DNA of 64,000 nt, taken from positions 124,001 through 188,000 of the forward strand of contig NC_079240.1 of the NCBI RefSeq assembly GCF_027921745.1, given 5' to 3'. Numbering within the stretch: position 1 is the stretch's first letter; the number at the start of each line of letters is the position of its first letter. The DNA comes from Schizosaccharomyces osmophilus (lineage: Eukaryota). The translations under genes and the position numbers were made by a program. The notes beneath the pieces were generated by a model, which had not been told where the DNA came from, searched no databases, and was given only the letters and a program-made list of their open reading frames with translations. Of this stretch, positions 35,414 to 47,993 are shown one piece after another.

Positions 35414-35750
35414 AGTAACAGGGATTGGGTATTACCTTTATCTACGTTAATCACAATAACGAGGTGACTACATTTTTTAAATAAACAAACAAAGTAAAGA
35501 AAAATACTATTACTGGTTCTTTCCGTTTAATTATTTTCCAAGAAATACTGCCTTGGATTGAAATGTTTATTGATTATGAGCGTTAAGCTTAATAGGTATG
35601 TTCTTGTGTCGCTGCATGGAAATCACGGTTCATTTGCCTAACTCAAAGCTTCTTAATTGACTCCAACGACTCTTTTTACAAATAAATTTACTGATAGTGT
35701 GATCATTACGAGACAAAAGGGTAGTATATCAACCATGAAGTTTATAATGT

Positions 35751-35820
35751 TGTTTACATCAAACGACTTTAGAATTAAATGAATGAAAACGAAGAAACAT
35801 GTCACCGCAGAATGTAAACA
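35751..35820. promoter_or_regulatory. Forkhead (GTAAACA) sites upstream of ark1
   Basis: TGTTTAC 35751-35757 and GTAAACA 35814-35820. Confidence 0.5.
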
Positions 35821-35886
35821 ACAACAACAAGGAAGAAAGCAGTTGACCAAACCCAACATCAAGTTGGAAGAAGAGGTTTCGAAATT

Positions 35887-36942
35887 ATGAGTGATTCGAA
35901 ACTTGCAGGATCAGTAAATCAGCTTTCAATATCTTCAGGCTCGACCCTGCCAAGCAGTGCAAACCCTGGACGTCAACAGTTATTAAAACTAGCAGTTTCC
36001 AATCAACGCCAAGTAAACTATCCTGTGACAAAGAAGGACAGTAGAGGATTAGAAAGCAAACGGTATTCTTCCAGTAAACAAAAAGATGAGCCAATTGCAG
36101 GTGTTCCTTCGCCGATGGGACCTCAATGGCGGGATTTTCATATAGGCATGTTTGAAATAGGAAAGCCGCTCGGGAAAGGAAAGTTTGGGAGAGTCTATTT
36201 AGCAAAGGAAAAGAAAACTGGATTTATAGTTGCTTTAAAAACGTTGCATAAATCCGAGCTCATTCACTCAAGAATTGAAAAGCAAGTGAGAAGAGAAATT
36301 GAAATTCAATCGAATTTGAGACACAGAAACATTCTTCGTCTATTTGGTCATTTTCATGATGAAAAAAGAATTTTTTTAATTCTCGAATTTGCCGGGAGAG
36401 GGGAATTGTACCAGCATCTTCGAAGAGCATCTAGATTTCCTGAAAGTACTGCTGCTAAATATATCTATCAAATGGCAAATGCTTTAGCCTATTTACACAA
36501 AAAACATGTTATTCATAGAGACATTAAGCCTGAGAATATATTGCTCGGTATTGACGGTGAAATCAAGCTGTCCGACTTTGGATGGAGTGTACATGCACCT
36601 TCCAATCGCCGGACAACACTATGTGGTACTTTGGATTACCTTCCCCCTGAAATGGTCGAAGGTAAGGAACACACTGAAAAGGTTGATTTGTGGTCTTTGG
36701 GTGTGCTGACTTATGAATTTATCGTAGGAGCACCCCCATTTGAGGACGTATCTGGTCACTCGGCCACCTACAGACGAATTGCAAAAGTGGATTTGAAAAT
36801 TCCTAGCTCTGTCTCGCCTGAAGGAAGGGATTTAATTAGTCGTCTGTTGCGACATAGTCCTGAACAGCGGATTTCCTTAGAGCAGGTTGTCAAGCACCCT
36901 TGGATTCTGAAATTCAAAGCTTCTTGGAATCCCGATCAGTAA
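35887..36942 (+). CDS. ark1: Aurora kinase
   Basis: [53 protein letters not shown]. Confidence 0.97.
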   Translation: MSDSKLAGSVNQLSISSGSTLPSSANPGRQQLLKLAVSNQRQVNYPVTKKDSRGLESKRYSSSKQKDEPIAGVPSPMGPQWRDFHIGMFEIGKPLGKGKFGRVYLAKEKKTGFIVALKTLHKSELIHSRIEKQVRREIEIQSNLRHRNILRLFGHFHDEKRIFLILEFAGRGELYQHLRRASRFPESTAAKYIYQMANALAYLHKKHVIHRDIKPENILLGIDGEIKLSDFGWSVHAPSNRRTTLCGTLDYLPPEMVEGKEHTEKVDLWSLGVLTYEFIVGAPPFEDVSGHSATYRRIAKVDLKIPSSVSPEGRDLISRLLRHSPEQRISLEQVVKHPWILKFKASWNPDQ

Positions 36943-37320
36943 ACAGAAACAAGGCTTTTTAGGTTGAGTCAGTGAATTTGCGTGACGTTTCATTTAAAAC
37001 TTTCTTTGTTCACATAATTTATTTCACTTTAATAACGATTTTTGATACTTTTTCTATGACAGCTAGTATTTTTTTGCTCATATAAACTTAATGCGTGGTG
37101 AAAATGACATTGAATTATCAAATATTGTAACGAAAGGTAAAAGGGAGTAAAGGAGAAAAATGAAAAAGAAGACTTGATGATCTACAAAGAGGGGAGCAAA
37201 TAAGATATAAAATATTGGGTTTCTTTCAATTTGAACAAAAAGAAGGATTTTTTTAACGGTAAGTCAAAAGACGATTGTTTCAATAAGTAACGGTTCATAG
37301 CTAAATATCGCATTTATGAA

Positions 37321-37927
37321 TTAATAGACTAAAATAGGTTAATGATACAAGAAAAAAAAATGAAAACAACATACTTTTTTCAAAAGGTCTGGTATCCCGG
37401 AAACATGAAGCAAACACTTCTTGAACAATCATCTCTGCTTGGTTTTTGCTTTGGCACTTTGGATTGCCTTGAACGGAAAGTGTTGCTCTGCGCTTTACGC
37501 ATTCTTGATGATGTTTCCTGAATGTGTCAATGTTACCATAAAATAATTCTTTTGTCCACCGGCATTCACCGCTAAGGCTGCTAGCGCGAATTTCAGAGCA
37601 GGCATGATGGCGCAAATCGTCCCAATTGACGTGAAATCTACAGTCATCAAACATATGAACCATTTCATGAGCTATAGTGTTTTCAGCCATTTTTTGGCTG
37701 TAGATCCGATTCTCACAGAGTACAATGCCTTTTCCTGGTACATAACCGCCCGAGGTTTTCTCGTCACATGGTTCACATCGAACATTGGATGCATCGAGAT
37801 CAGAATTTAGATACTTTAAAGACTTTTTCAGAAAGACGAGAATAGGTGAGTCAGACAAGAGAGCTTTCTTGACGCGTTCACAGTTTTTTTTTTCTCTGCT
37901 GGGTTCGATCTTTGCCGTTTCTGACAT
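37321..37927 (-). CDS. atp23: Mitochondrial inner-membrane metallopeptidase Atp23 (short terminal intron; ends PFEKIY)
   Basis: HEMVH zinc motif, HHACSEIRA, CVKRRA, DTRPF. Confidence 0.93.
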
Positions 37928-39168
37928 GCTGCAACGAGCTTAAGATGATATTTTTAGCCTTGGACTGATATGAAGGAATGAAGTCGGAATCTATTGAATA
38001 TAGCCACAAGTTGGCTTTTTCGCTTGAAAAAGGAAGTCTAAAAGAAGGGGATTCAGAAACCTAAGTTAGAATATAATATAGAAAGATATCCAAAAGAAAA
38101 AAAAGTGAATTCAGTGACTCTCTTAAAATCTGTTTCAGTTAATCCTAACTCATTAAATTGAAACTGGCCTCTGCTTGGAAAGAACTTCAACTTGCCAATT
38201 TGAAATTTCCTATGATATCGTATTAAAATTCGTCTTCAAGAGAAAAGACAGCGGCTATTGTTTGAAATCAAAACTCAGTTAAAAATAAATATTTTTTTTT
38301 GTGAAATTCTTTTAAAAACAATTCTGGCCATTGCTCGTGTTTGCAATACATTGTTTACATTAAGTACCTGGATCAAGCATGAAGCAATAATTGTCGCTTC
38401 GTGTGTACTAATGTATGAGTTCACAAGCGATTTATTTCATTGGAGCTAAGTTTAATGATCGACTGTTAAGGAGCTTGAAACCAAGACAAACTGAATACCG
38501 TTGACTACAGTTAAGTAGCACCATCCGTAAAAACCATCCTGAATGGATAATTCCTTTCGATATTGTACCTAAACCTTTGATATTAAGCATAAAAAATTAA
38601 GCACATAATAGTTTTTTTTCAAAGCTTTTTTACCTTTAGATGTTCTGCGATGGTAATTTCGCAAACAGAATTCTCAGAGGTTATGAGAATTGACTCTCAA
38701 ATGAAACAATAATTGTGTTTGTAGTAAAAGTTGCTAAATTCAGATGCTATTTTATTCATTATATAATGCCAACAACTTCTGAATATTCTGACTATAAACC
38801 TTCATATTACCTAAATCACCTTTCTCATGGTTTGTTTACTTTTTGTAATATAAGAATACATATAAGGCTAAAGGAAATATATACTACCATTGAATAACTG
38901 TAATGAGGGCACTGACATAATGTCACTGTTTCATGAATGAGAGACATGCAGAAAGCCATCACCAAGATTTTTTCAAACTCGCATCTTTGGTTTTAACGGG
39001 CAGGCCCTTTTGGAATATTTTTTTTCTTTTTTGAAGCGAGGCTCAATTCCCTTTTTCGACAGATTCTTGGAAAGTGCAACCAGTTTCTACTGGCTTTCTT
39101 TGGTGATTCTAGTTGTTTATTTCCTGGACTGTGTGATTTTTTTGTTTTTTTGGATTGCCATTGTAAAG

Positions 39169-39921
39169 ATGAAGAATAGTTGTATTCCTGTTTCGAGTTC
39201 GGAGACCTCCCTTAAAACGCTCAATGATGAAAAGTTAGGCATTCAAACTTCAGATGCCACACCGCCTCCATATTCAAATAAGAAGTATTTAAATAGGGAA
39301 GAAAATAGAAGTTGATTAAGTGTATGGTCAAGCAACGGCATGTTTACGCGAAGAATCCGCTAATAAATATAAGAGGGCTTTGGATAATTTTGTAATCCTA
39401 TCGTATATTCTGATTTTCGGCTTCTAATTGTCCTTGGTTTGTTTTTATGTACTATTCTTCGTCTACAAGTTCCCTGTGAAAGCGCAAGTCCATTGGGGGC
39501 TTTTTGGCGGTTCGATTACATCTGTGATGCTGCTTCTAGCAGGTAAGACAGCGATGTCCATATTTTGAACGACTGACTAACTATTAGATTCAATGGAAAT
39601 AAATTCAATAAAGTGTGAAGTATTGATAGGCAATGTGCTTGTCGCAGCATTCCACACAGTTGGTTTCGATGCCTTCTGTTTAGTCTCATCTTTCGGCCTG
39701 AAGAAGTACGGAGTGTTTGAAAATTTGAACCCTGCTGTTTACTGGTTGATTTTCATCACAATAAACACATTCTTATTTCTTGTTTGGTATGTACTCTTTG
39801 GAGATATTCCTCTCATAATATATTATTAACCTATTTAGAATCGTTCAATGTCCAAGATGAGAGACATTCGAACGAAGAAATCGAACTTCTACCTCTTGAT
39901 GACCAAAGTACTGAATTTTGA
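39169..39921 (+). pseudogene. Degenerate 4-exon multi-pass membrane protein gene, wtf-like
   Basis: MKNSCIPV...TPPPYS; exons ~39169-39321, 39374-39542, 39588-39786, 39839-39921; canonical introns 39543-39587 and 39787-39838; hydrophobic exons 2-3; stops at 39313 and 39425; 1-nt phase clash before the last exon (SFNVQDERHSNEEIELLPLDDQSTEF*). Confidence 0.6.
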
Positions 39922-40572
39922 GGTTTCATGTTTATTTATTTCTGTAGTCTTGTCGAAACCGTGTTCATTTCTTCTTCGATTTTCGCGCCATCATAGGAAG
40001 CATCGATGCTAATTACAGTCCGCCAAGTTCCGATATTCGTATCAAAAAGAATCACGCGCAGCAAGCAAGGAAACGTTGTATCTAGCATGGCTTTATTTAT
40101 TTGCTTTTCATTAGTTCGTTTCATATTCGTTTCACAGCATTGTTGCTTAAGTATCCGTCATTTCATTAAAAATGAAATACAATTTTACTGCAGCACACCC
40201 GGATTTTCGTCATCACAGCATTTCTGAATATACATATTGGGCGGTAATTAGATATTGTTTTCACCATGGGCTAAACCCATTTGAGAAGGATCTGTAAACA
40301 TCCTTCAACACTTATTACAAAGATAAAACCAAAACCAATGGACAAAATAGGAACTTTGTTGCAAAATTGCTTTTCGTATTTAATTGTTTACTTTTTTCAT
40401 TTTCTTTACTTTCCTCGCTCCATTACGTTCTTATTGTAGATAGCACAAGCTACCAGATTTTAACGTGGTGTTGACTTGAGAATAAGAGAGAAACTTCAGT
40501 TTGAAATTTACCAAACATACGGCTTAGGGAAATTTGGGAATTGGGAGCATTTTCTGCTATTTATAGACAACA

Positions 40573-41363
40573 ATGAGGCCTTTAACACACGAAGAAACAA
40601 AGACTTTTTTTGAGAAGCTCGCTCAATAGTAAGTACATGGGAGAGAAAGGAGAAAGATCCACGGTTGAAAAATTTTGTCTTTTGACAATGCCACGCGAAA
40701 CTCACCTTCTTTGGCCTTCTTAAAATGGAAATATGAAATTCGAAATTAGAATACTAACCAATGATTGTTTGCAGTATCGGTAAAAATATCACTCATTTAA
40801 TTGATCGTCCAGACGATCCCCACTGCTTTCGTTTACAAAAAGATCGTGTCTACTATGTCAGGTAAGTTTTTATTCCTCTATCGAAGGGTTTGTAATTTGT
40901 TCGCTTCATCTTTCGTGCCCTTTCGTCTCATTTTTTGCACATGATCACTAACTTCTGGAATAGTGAAAAGGCTATGAAACTGGCTACTTCGGTTGCTCGT
41001 ACGAATCTTATGTCCTTGGGTATCTGTTTTGGAAAGTTTACAAAATCGAACAAGTTCCGCTTACACATCACCTCCTTGGATTATATTGCCCAATACGCTA
41101 GATATAAAATCTGGGTCAAGGCTAACGGTGAAATGCCCTTCCTTTATGGTAACCACGTTTTGAAGGCTCATGTCGGTCGTATTACCGACGACACTCCTCA
41201 ACACCAAGGTGTCATCGTTTATTCTATGAATGATACTCCTTTGGGTTTCGGCGTGACAGCTCGCTCTACTGTGGAATTGACACGTTTAGATCCCACCACC
41301 ATCGTTGGTTTCCATCAAGCTGATGTCGGAGAGTATTTGCGTGATGAAGATACTCTCTTCTAA
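40573..41363 (+). CDS. nip7: 60S biogenesis PUA-domain protein Nip7 (2 introns)
   Basis: [48 protein letters not shown]. Confidence 0.95.
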
Positions 41364-41810
41364 TTAGGAACTGAATATGCATATCCCTTTTTAAACATTC
41401 TATCTCTTCCTTTTCTTTTAACTAGTCAGGTGTGCTAGGTACTCTCTTCTTCGAGACACCTATCTTCCAAATGAACAACGTTTCCTTTTTGTTACAAACA
41501 CGCAAAGGATAATACTCGTTTAATCGTTTCATTTTCTTAGTTTTTTTGGTGACGCTTCAGGTGTTTGATTTTTGTTACGTTTCTCTTACGCTTAAAAAAT
41601 ATCTTTTAACAGGAACGATTCTGGGTTATTCGGTTTTACTATTTGTAGAAATATCTTAATTTAAATGAAAACATCAATTTATTAAATACGTTTACCTAGT
41701 GAAGTCTTAAAATCATTGAAAACTTTTATATAGAACTAATTTGTCCATCAGTAACGAACTTTCTGAGGGAAACAAAAATAAACTACACATATTCATGAAA
41801 TAAATGAATT

Positions 41811-43797
41811 TTAGGTTGCAATTCCTTGCATGTTTCTGCCTTTGTTTTTTATCTTAACATTAGTACGATCCCGCTTAGGAAGCCAGCGTTGGGGATCTGC
41901 CACTGAGTTTGGATTAAAATTCTTCGGCATAGGCTTTTGGCGCTTTCTTGTTTTCTTAGACGCGTCGTTATTAGCCTCACGTTTCAACGATCCTATGGTA
42001 GTCGACACTGGTACTCCCTTGGACTCAACTGCATCAATATCAACATTCCCCACTAAATCAGCCACAGAAATTAAATGACTCTCAAGTGGTTGACTAATGG
42101 GTTCATCAATGTAGCAAAGGGCAGCCACTTTACTGGAGATCAACTCACTGATAGGACCATTCCACTCAATTAATTCCTCAACTGTCTTCAAACCACTTCG
42201 CACGAAATCAACGTTTACTTTCTCATCAATTGAAGCCAACAATGAACGGGTGCACAATAATAGTTTGGCATGGCAATTGGGTTTGTCAGTCCAATATCTA
42301 GCAGCAGCATGTAAATTTTCAGTGCTTGGAGCTTGAGAACATTGGACCTTAGAAAGGAGTGCGTCGCCTAAACCGGCTAAACCAGGGGAATACCTCAATG
42401 CAAAATCTTTAGAAACTTCTAATGCTCCACACATTTTCTTGTACACAGCCAATGCGCCACGATAGTTTCCATTTGAGATTTTATATTGAATCAGTAAAAG
42501 GCCGCTACTAGTATCAGCAGGAATTTTTTGGAACTTGTTTTCTAAATATCCAGAAAGCTTCTTAGAAGAGGAAAGTGCACCTTTCTCATGTTCTAACATA
42601 AGAACATCGTAAAATAGTTTATCCTCTTCGGTACGCTTTTCTTTCTTGTGAACAGCACGCAATTTACCAACGGCCATGTCCAGCAAGGCCAAATTTCTTG
42701 TAAGTTGTAAATTTTGAGAAGCCAACAACTTGGTAAAAGCTTTTTCGACTGGTGTTTCGTGAATGCTGCGAAAAGCAAGGTAGGGATTTCCGTTATTTAA
42801 GCACAAAACATTGTTAACAAAAAGGACTCTTGAAGTTTCATCGAGACTGGTATTCATTATTAGTAAACATTCCACAAAGCATATGAAGCAACTTACCTTG
42901 TTGAGGCTAATTTCTTAGATTCTTTTTCGGCTTTTTGCAACTCACCAGCCATCAAATGTGCATAAACCAATTGCAAACGGCATAAATCCACATGGGAACC
43001 TTCTTCGGAAGACTTGTTATCTTTGGTTTCCAAATTCGTGACTAAGGAAGACAGCAAATTAATAGCCTTGTTCCATTGTTGTAAGGTAAGGTAACGAGTA
43101 GCCAAATTAAACAAAGAATCTTGATCCTCCAAAGAAGGCATACTTTCAATTTGCCATCCGGGGAGTTGAGAAGCAACTGCAAGCAAATTTACTTGAATAT
43201 CAGAATGTTGTTCTGGCTGATTAAAGTTAGCATATCGTTCATCTGTAATATTTACAAAAACGAAGCACCAGATCGACAGCTGACCCAACAAGTCAAAATT
43301 TTAACAAAGAATGATTTTTTGTTTGAATAAACTTCGAGGAAAATGAATTCTAGCTCTTGAATTGGGCCAATCACAATCACACTTACCAATTCTTTTATAA
43401 GCTTTTCGTAAACTTTAACAGCTTTAGAGAAATCTGACTTTCGATAAGCCTACCAACGTTAATATGATTGAATAAGCGGTCAACAAGTACAAGATACAAG
43501 CGTAAAACGCGTGCATCAAGTAAAATTTGTATTTACCTCTTGAGCTTCCAAATGCTGAACAAAATGAACATCCTCTATTGCAGGATAATCTTGCTTTAAA
43601 TGAAATTTGCAATAAACTCTCTCGTAAACAGCATCCTGTTCGCCCAAATACTTTTCAATGATATCCAAGGCTTCTACATAGCATTCCACATCAATCAGGC
43701 TCAAAACTTTCCGATAAATATCTAATTTAGAATCGCCCACTTCTATTTTTCCAACACGATCGGCAAGAGTAGTAATCTGTTCTTCAGTGTCCGCCAT
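41811..43797 (-). CDS. srp72: Signal recognition particle subunit Srp72 (multi-exon)
   Basis: TPR-like N-terminus; C-terminal PKNF...DPQRWLPKRDR. Confidence 0.9.
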
Positions 43798-44299
43798 GTT
43801 GGTGGTGTCTTGCTCTTGGCAAGTCTTCTGCTGTGCATTCTTATATCAGTATACACAGCAAAAAACCACTTGCAAGAAAGTTCTATAGCTATATAGACTT
43901 AATTTATGAAAGTAATTAGCAATGATAACGAAGAATCGTCTTTTTCTTGTTTTTTTTTTTTTCAGTAATGATCGGTAATGTCTAACTACACAGGTGGGAA
44001 GAGTTTCACTTTGTTCACATTCCATTATGTTTCTTTATTAATTAACTTTGAATTCTGTCTGTTTGATTTCTCAAACCTTTTTTTTCTAAAATGAGTGGTA
44101 AAAACATAAAACTCTACTATCCTTCAAGCAATGGATAGCTACCATCGAACGTAGTATTTTTTAATACGTAGTTTTTTATACCTTGAAAGTTATATTTTGG
44201 AACAGAAACGGAAGCTATAGTATGCAATGCATACATGAAAAAGGCAAAGATAAAAAATAAATAAATTATTCAAAAATTAAACAAAGAAGAGAATCTGAT

Positions 44300-45637
44300 T
44301 TAAGATCTTTGAAAGAAGTCAATTCGCTTTTGACAAGACTCGTTCGTGCAACCAGGACATCTCTGAGTAAATTGACGGGAATGAGGTGTACTCGTTTCCA
44401 AATGGAGCCTTACTAAATCAGCCATTCCTTTAATAGCGACTGCATTATCGTTTATACTAGGTGCACGTTTAACCCCAGTGATGCCTTTACTCTTAGCATC
44501 CTCAATGTAATCTTCAAGTTCCTTTAGGGTTTCAATATGATCTGAAGTAAAGGCAACGGGGACTAATATCATGTTTTTATGGCCTTGCTTTCCAAATTGC
44601 TGAATTACGTCTTCTGTGGAAGGAGACATCCAAGGAACGGGGCCAACTTTGGACTGCCAAGAGTTTATATATTTATATTTAAACCCCAGATTTTGCATAA
44701 TGCCATAAGTAGTTGCAGCAACTTCATTCACGTATGGATCTCCTTTAGAAACTTGAGACATGGGTAATGAGTGGGCACTGAATATAATCACAACATCATC
44801 TCGTTCCTCCTTAGGATACGTCTCCAAGGTTTTTTGAATATTTTCTGAAAAAGCCTTCAACAAACCTTCCTGTAAAAACCAACGATCCAAAACAGACCAG
44901 TCAACATCGTGCTCCATATTCATTTCAAGAAGCTGTTTTCGTAGTTCATTCAGAGAAGCACCACTTGTTGAACAAGACCATTGAGGATACTGACTAAAGG
45001 CAACCGCACGCTTAATTTTAGAGTCTCTCAAGTCCTTAAGCATTTCTTCGGTTAAAGGAGGAGCATAACGAAAGGCCACGAATGGAACATGAGGAGCCGA
45101 CTGGGGAGAGGTTTCATCTAAGATTCTACAGATCTCTTTTCCTTGATATTCAGTCCAATGCAAAATTGGGCTTCCACCCCCAATTTCTCTGTAATGCTCT
45201 CGAACGGCGGAAGTTCTTCTCTTAGCAATTAATTTACCAAGTAAGTTTTGAAAGTAGCCTAGTGGAATAATGTCACCATCAGAAAAGAGGCGTTCCAAAA
45301 AAGGACCAACCTATGTTTATTAATATTCATGTTTCGTAAATTGAAAGGATTGGCTTCTAGCTAATCATACCTCGTCTAAATTCGATGGTCCACCCATATT
45401 AAGCATCACAATAGCCTGTAGAAATGTTAGTGATCAACATATAAGACTAATAAATGTACATACAGTTGGCCCTTTTCTAGAAGCGGTATCTTGGAACTCG
45501 ACAGATTCTGTTGTCTTTGCTGTCATCGAAGAGGCTTTCCTAGTATTTAACGATGGATTTTGAAAGTCAAAATGAAAACTTGGTGAAAAACATCTTGGTC
45601 TTAGAACTGGAAATCGTAAAAAACGAGATCGAATCAT
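44300..45637 (-). CDS. hem15: Ferrochelatase (2 introns)
   Basis: MLNMGGP, IGGGSP, FSAHSLP, WQSKVGP, FTSDHIETL, C-terminal 2Fe-2S cysteines. Confidence 0.96.
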
Positions 45638-46439
45638 TTTCACAATCGTCTCGTGGAAAGCGGTCAGGTTATTCGACTTTCTATAAGTTTACCTCGAGAA
45701 TTGTTACCGTTGAATCCTGAATTAAACAAGTTAAACAAAGGGCAAGATTCCTTCAGCAGGTGCTGTTATTACTAGCTTTTTTTGACAAATAATTATTTGT
45801 AAGAGGGAGCACTAACGACTCTTCTGGAGTGCTAATTTCTCGTTCCAATACCGAACGATGACAATCCAGTTTTGTCTGGATATAAGAAACAACAAAGTAT
45901 ATTAATAATATATCTTCTTAATTTTGAGGAAGCATCAAGTTCTACTCCAAATTGGGTGTATTGAACGCTAGCAATATCTTCATACACTGGTTCATTTAGT
46001 ATGATTAACCTATAAATAAAAAACGATAATACGCTCTTTTAGAAAAGTTTGAAATGGATGAACTTCGTTAATTGCCTTATTTTACAAATGAAACCTTAAA
46101 AACCTCATTCCATTTGAACACTTATTGAATAAAAAAAGAGCGCTACGAATTTCATGTGAAAGTACTTGCAGACGTCTCAGGGTTTCATTCCGAAAATAAG
46201 TAGAGTATTGCCAAACCCCTTTATCACAATCGTTTCAAGGTTGCGATGTAATACAAAGATGTAGAAAGTAAATATTTATTCGTGTCATCCTGACATCCAT
46301 AAGGATGTCCTTTAAATACCAACTGTCTGGCCTTTTGTACACTTACACTAAACTATATTAAATTAAAAGATTATCCAAACAAATAAATCCAGTACCCAAA
46401 GTATACCATTTTTATACCAGAAAAAAAACACCGTTCCCC

Positions 46440-47993
46440 TTACTTTTTGGTAAAGAAATGCTTCATCCATCTAAAGGAATCACCAATACGGCTGAAAAAC
46501 TCGTCATCATTATGGGCAGCAACAATAACCTCGCTCTTGCCGGCATCCTTGTCAATATTGCTTTTTGTGGAAAACAGAGACGATGATGGTCGACGAGCCA
46601 TACCGACACCATCCACACCTTCTCCTTGCTTCAACCAAGGCTTTGATGTCTTATCGGCGGTTTCAATAAAAATATGATATAGAAAAAGGCCTATAATAAT
46701 CATAACGAAAGCAATAGGATAAAGCCAATAGACGTGGTTTCCAAACACATGGATACCAATAATTAAACTCCAAAAGTCCGAAGTCAACACTGAAATATTA
46801 TAAAAGGTAGCGGAAGACATACGGAAACATATAGGAGCAAGAGAATAAAGAATAAGCATAACGATGATGAAGCCAGCTAAATATCCTCCCATACTGCGGG
46901 TCCAATGCAAATGCAAAAATTCGTGGCGATCGAAAATAAAATTCTGTACAATACTGATGATGGAGGAATAAAGACTCAGTTGACCGACGACTACGTACAA
47001 AGGCAATTTGGAAGCAAAATATTCCTCAATGGTATTTGACAGACCATAACAAGTTGCACCAAGAATCATGTAACCATCTCCTAAACCAGGGTTCACTGCA
47101 CTTTTTGTATTACTGCCATAATTTTTCAAGTCACTGACAACCAACAAGGCAAGGCCACCGATACAGACCACAATACCGAGCAGCTGACTCCAGTGGTATC
47201 GTACCTTAAGGAATAAAAATGAAAGAATGACGACTGCAACCGTAGCCCAAGAGTCCAAAAGACTCGCGCTAATCACGCTGGTATATTGATAAGCGAGAAC
47301 TACAAAATAATTCCCCTCTACGTCGAAAAATGCAAAAATAATGTACTTCCAGCCATGATGAAGTACCATTTCAAAGTATTTCTTAAATCCCATTCGATAA
47401 ATGGTATAAGGAGTATATACGACAGTGAGCGCGGCATAGAACAAGAAAACTTGAAAAGCAGGGACTTTTCCCATCTCTGATAGAAAGCCGTTGAAGGTAT
47501 TACTAGCGGTCAAACACAATGAAAGCACTTGACCCAAAACAAAGACAATCCAAAAGCGCTTGTTTAAAACAAATGCAAAAGCCCTTCTTTTTATCTTCTC
47601 CAAACGAGGAGGCTCCTGTTCTGGTGGATGTTCTTGAGAAGACGGTCGGATTTGTGTGTCATGCTCGAAGGGACCATCATCCAAAGTCCTTGTAGAAACT
47701 TGCTCTTCATTCTTATCCAAAGACGTTTTGTGGATGTCCTCATTTAACTTGTTACTGGCTGGGTGAATCCCCGTAGATTCGGCTTCTGGTAACTTGCCAG
47801 TACTTTTAATAGTGCTTGCAACGCTTCCAGTATCAGCATTAACTTCCTTTATCTGGTGAGAAATGTCCAATTGGCTTGCGTTTGAACTCTGAAGCGAACC
47901 TGTTCGTGCCAACATATACTCATCAGAGATTTCTGTGCCAGAAACGGAGTTTTGCACCCCATGGTGATCCCAATCATGATTATTTCCGCTCAT
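46440..47993 (-). CDS. SLC35F/DUF914-family membrane transporter
   Basis: LGQVLSLC, DVEGNYFVVLAYQYTS, SATFYNISVLTSDFWS; about 10 TM segments. Confidence 0.88.
   Translation of the reverse strand: MSGNNHDWDHHGVQNSVSGTEISDEYMLARTGSLQSSNASQLDISHQIKEVNADTGSVASTIKSTGKLPEAESTGIHPASNKLNEDIHKTSLDKNEEQVSTRTLDDGPFEHDTQIRPSSQEHPPEQEPPRLEKIKRRAFAFVLNKRFWIVFVLGQVLSLCLTASNTFNGFLSEMGKVPAFQVFLFYAALTVVYTPYTIYRMGFKKYFEMVLHHGWKYIIFAFFDVEGNYFVVLAYQYTSVISASLLDSWATVAVVILSFLFLKVRYHWSQLLGIVVCIGGLALLVVSDLKNYGSNTKSAVNPGLGDGYMILGATCYGLSNTIEEYFASKLPLYVVVGQLSLYSSIISIVQNFIFDRHEFLHLHWTRSMGGYLAGFIIVMLILYSLAPICFRMSSATFYNISVLTSDFWSLIIGIHVFGNHVYWLYPIAFVMIIIGLFLYHIFIETADKTSKPWLKQGEGVDGVGMARRPSSSLFSTKSNIDKDAGKSEVIVAAHNDDEFFSRIGDSFRWMKHFFTKK

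Noticed and set aside
38914..38926. TGACA-TAA-TGTCA palindrome resembling LTR termini
   Set aside because: No further similarity to the LTR visible nearby; too short to support
39010..39168. Hydrophobic N-terminal extension of ORF 39010-39315
   Set aside because: TTG start and T-rich UTR-like composition; the real start is probably ATG 39169
46292..46309. 7-bp inverted repeat GACATCC-ATAA-GGATGTC
   Set aside because: Expected by chance in 64 kb; no supporting context
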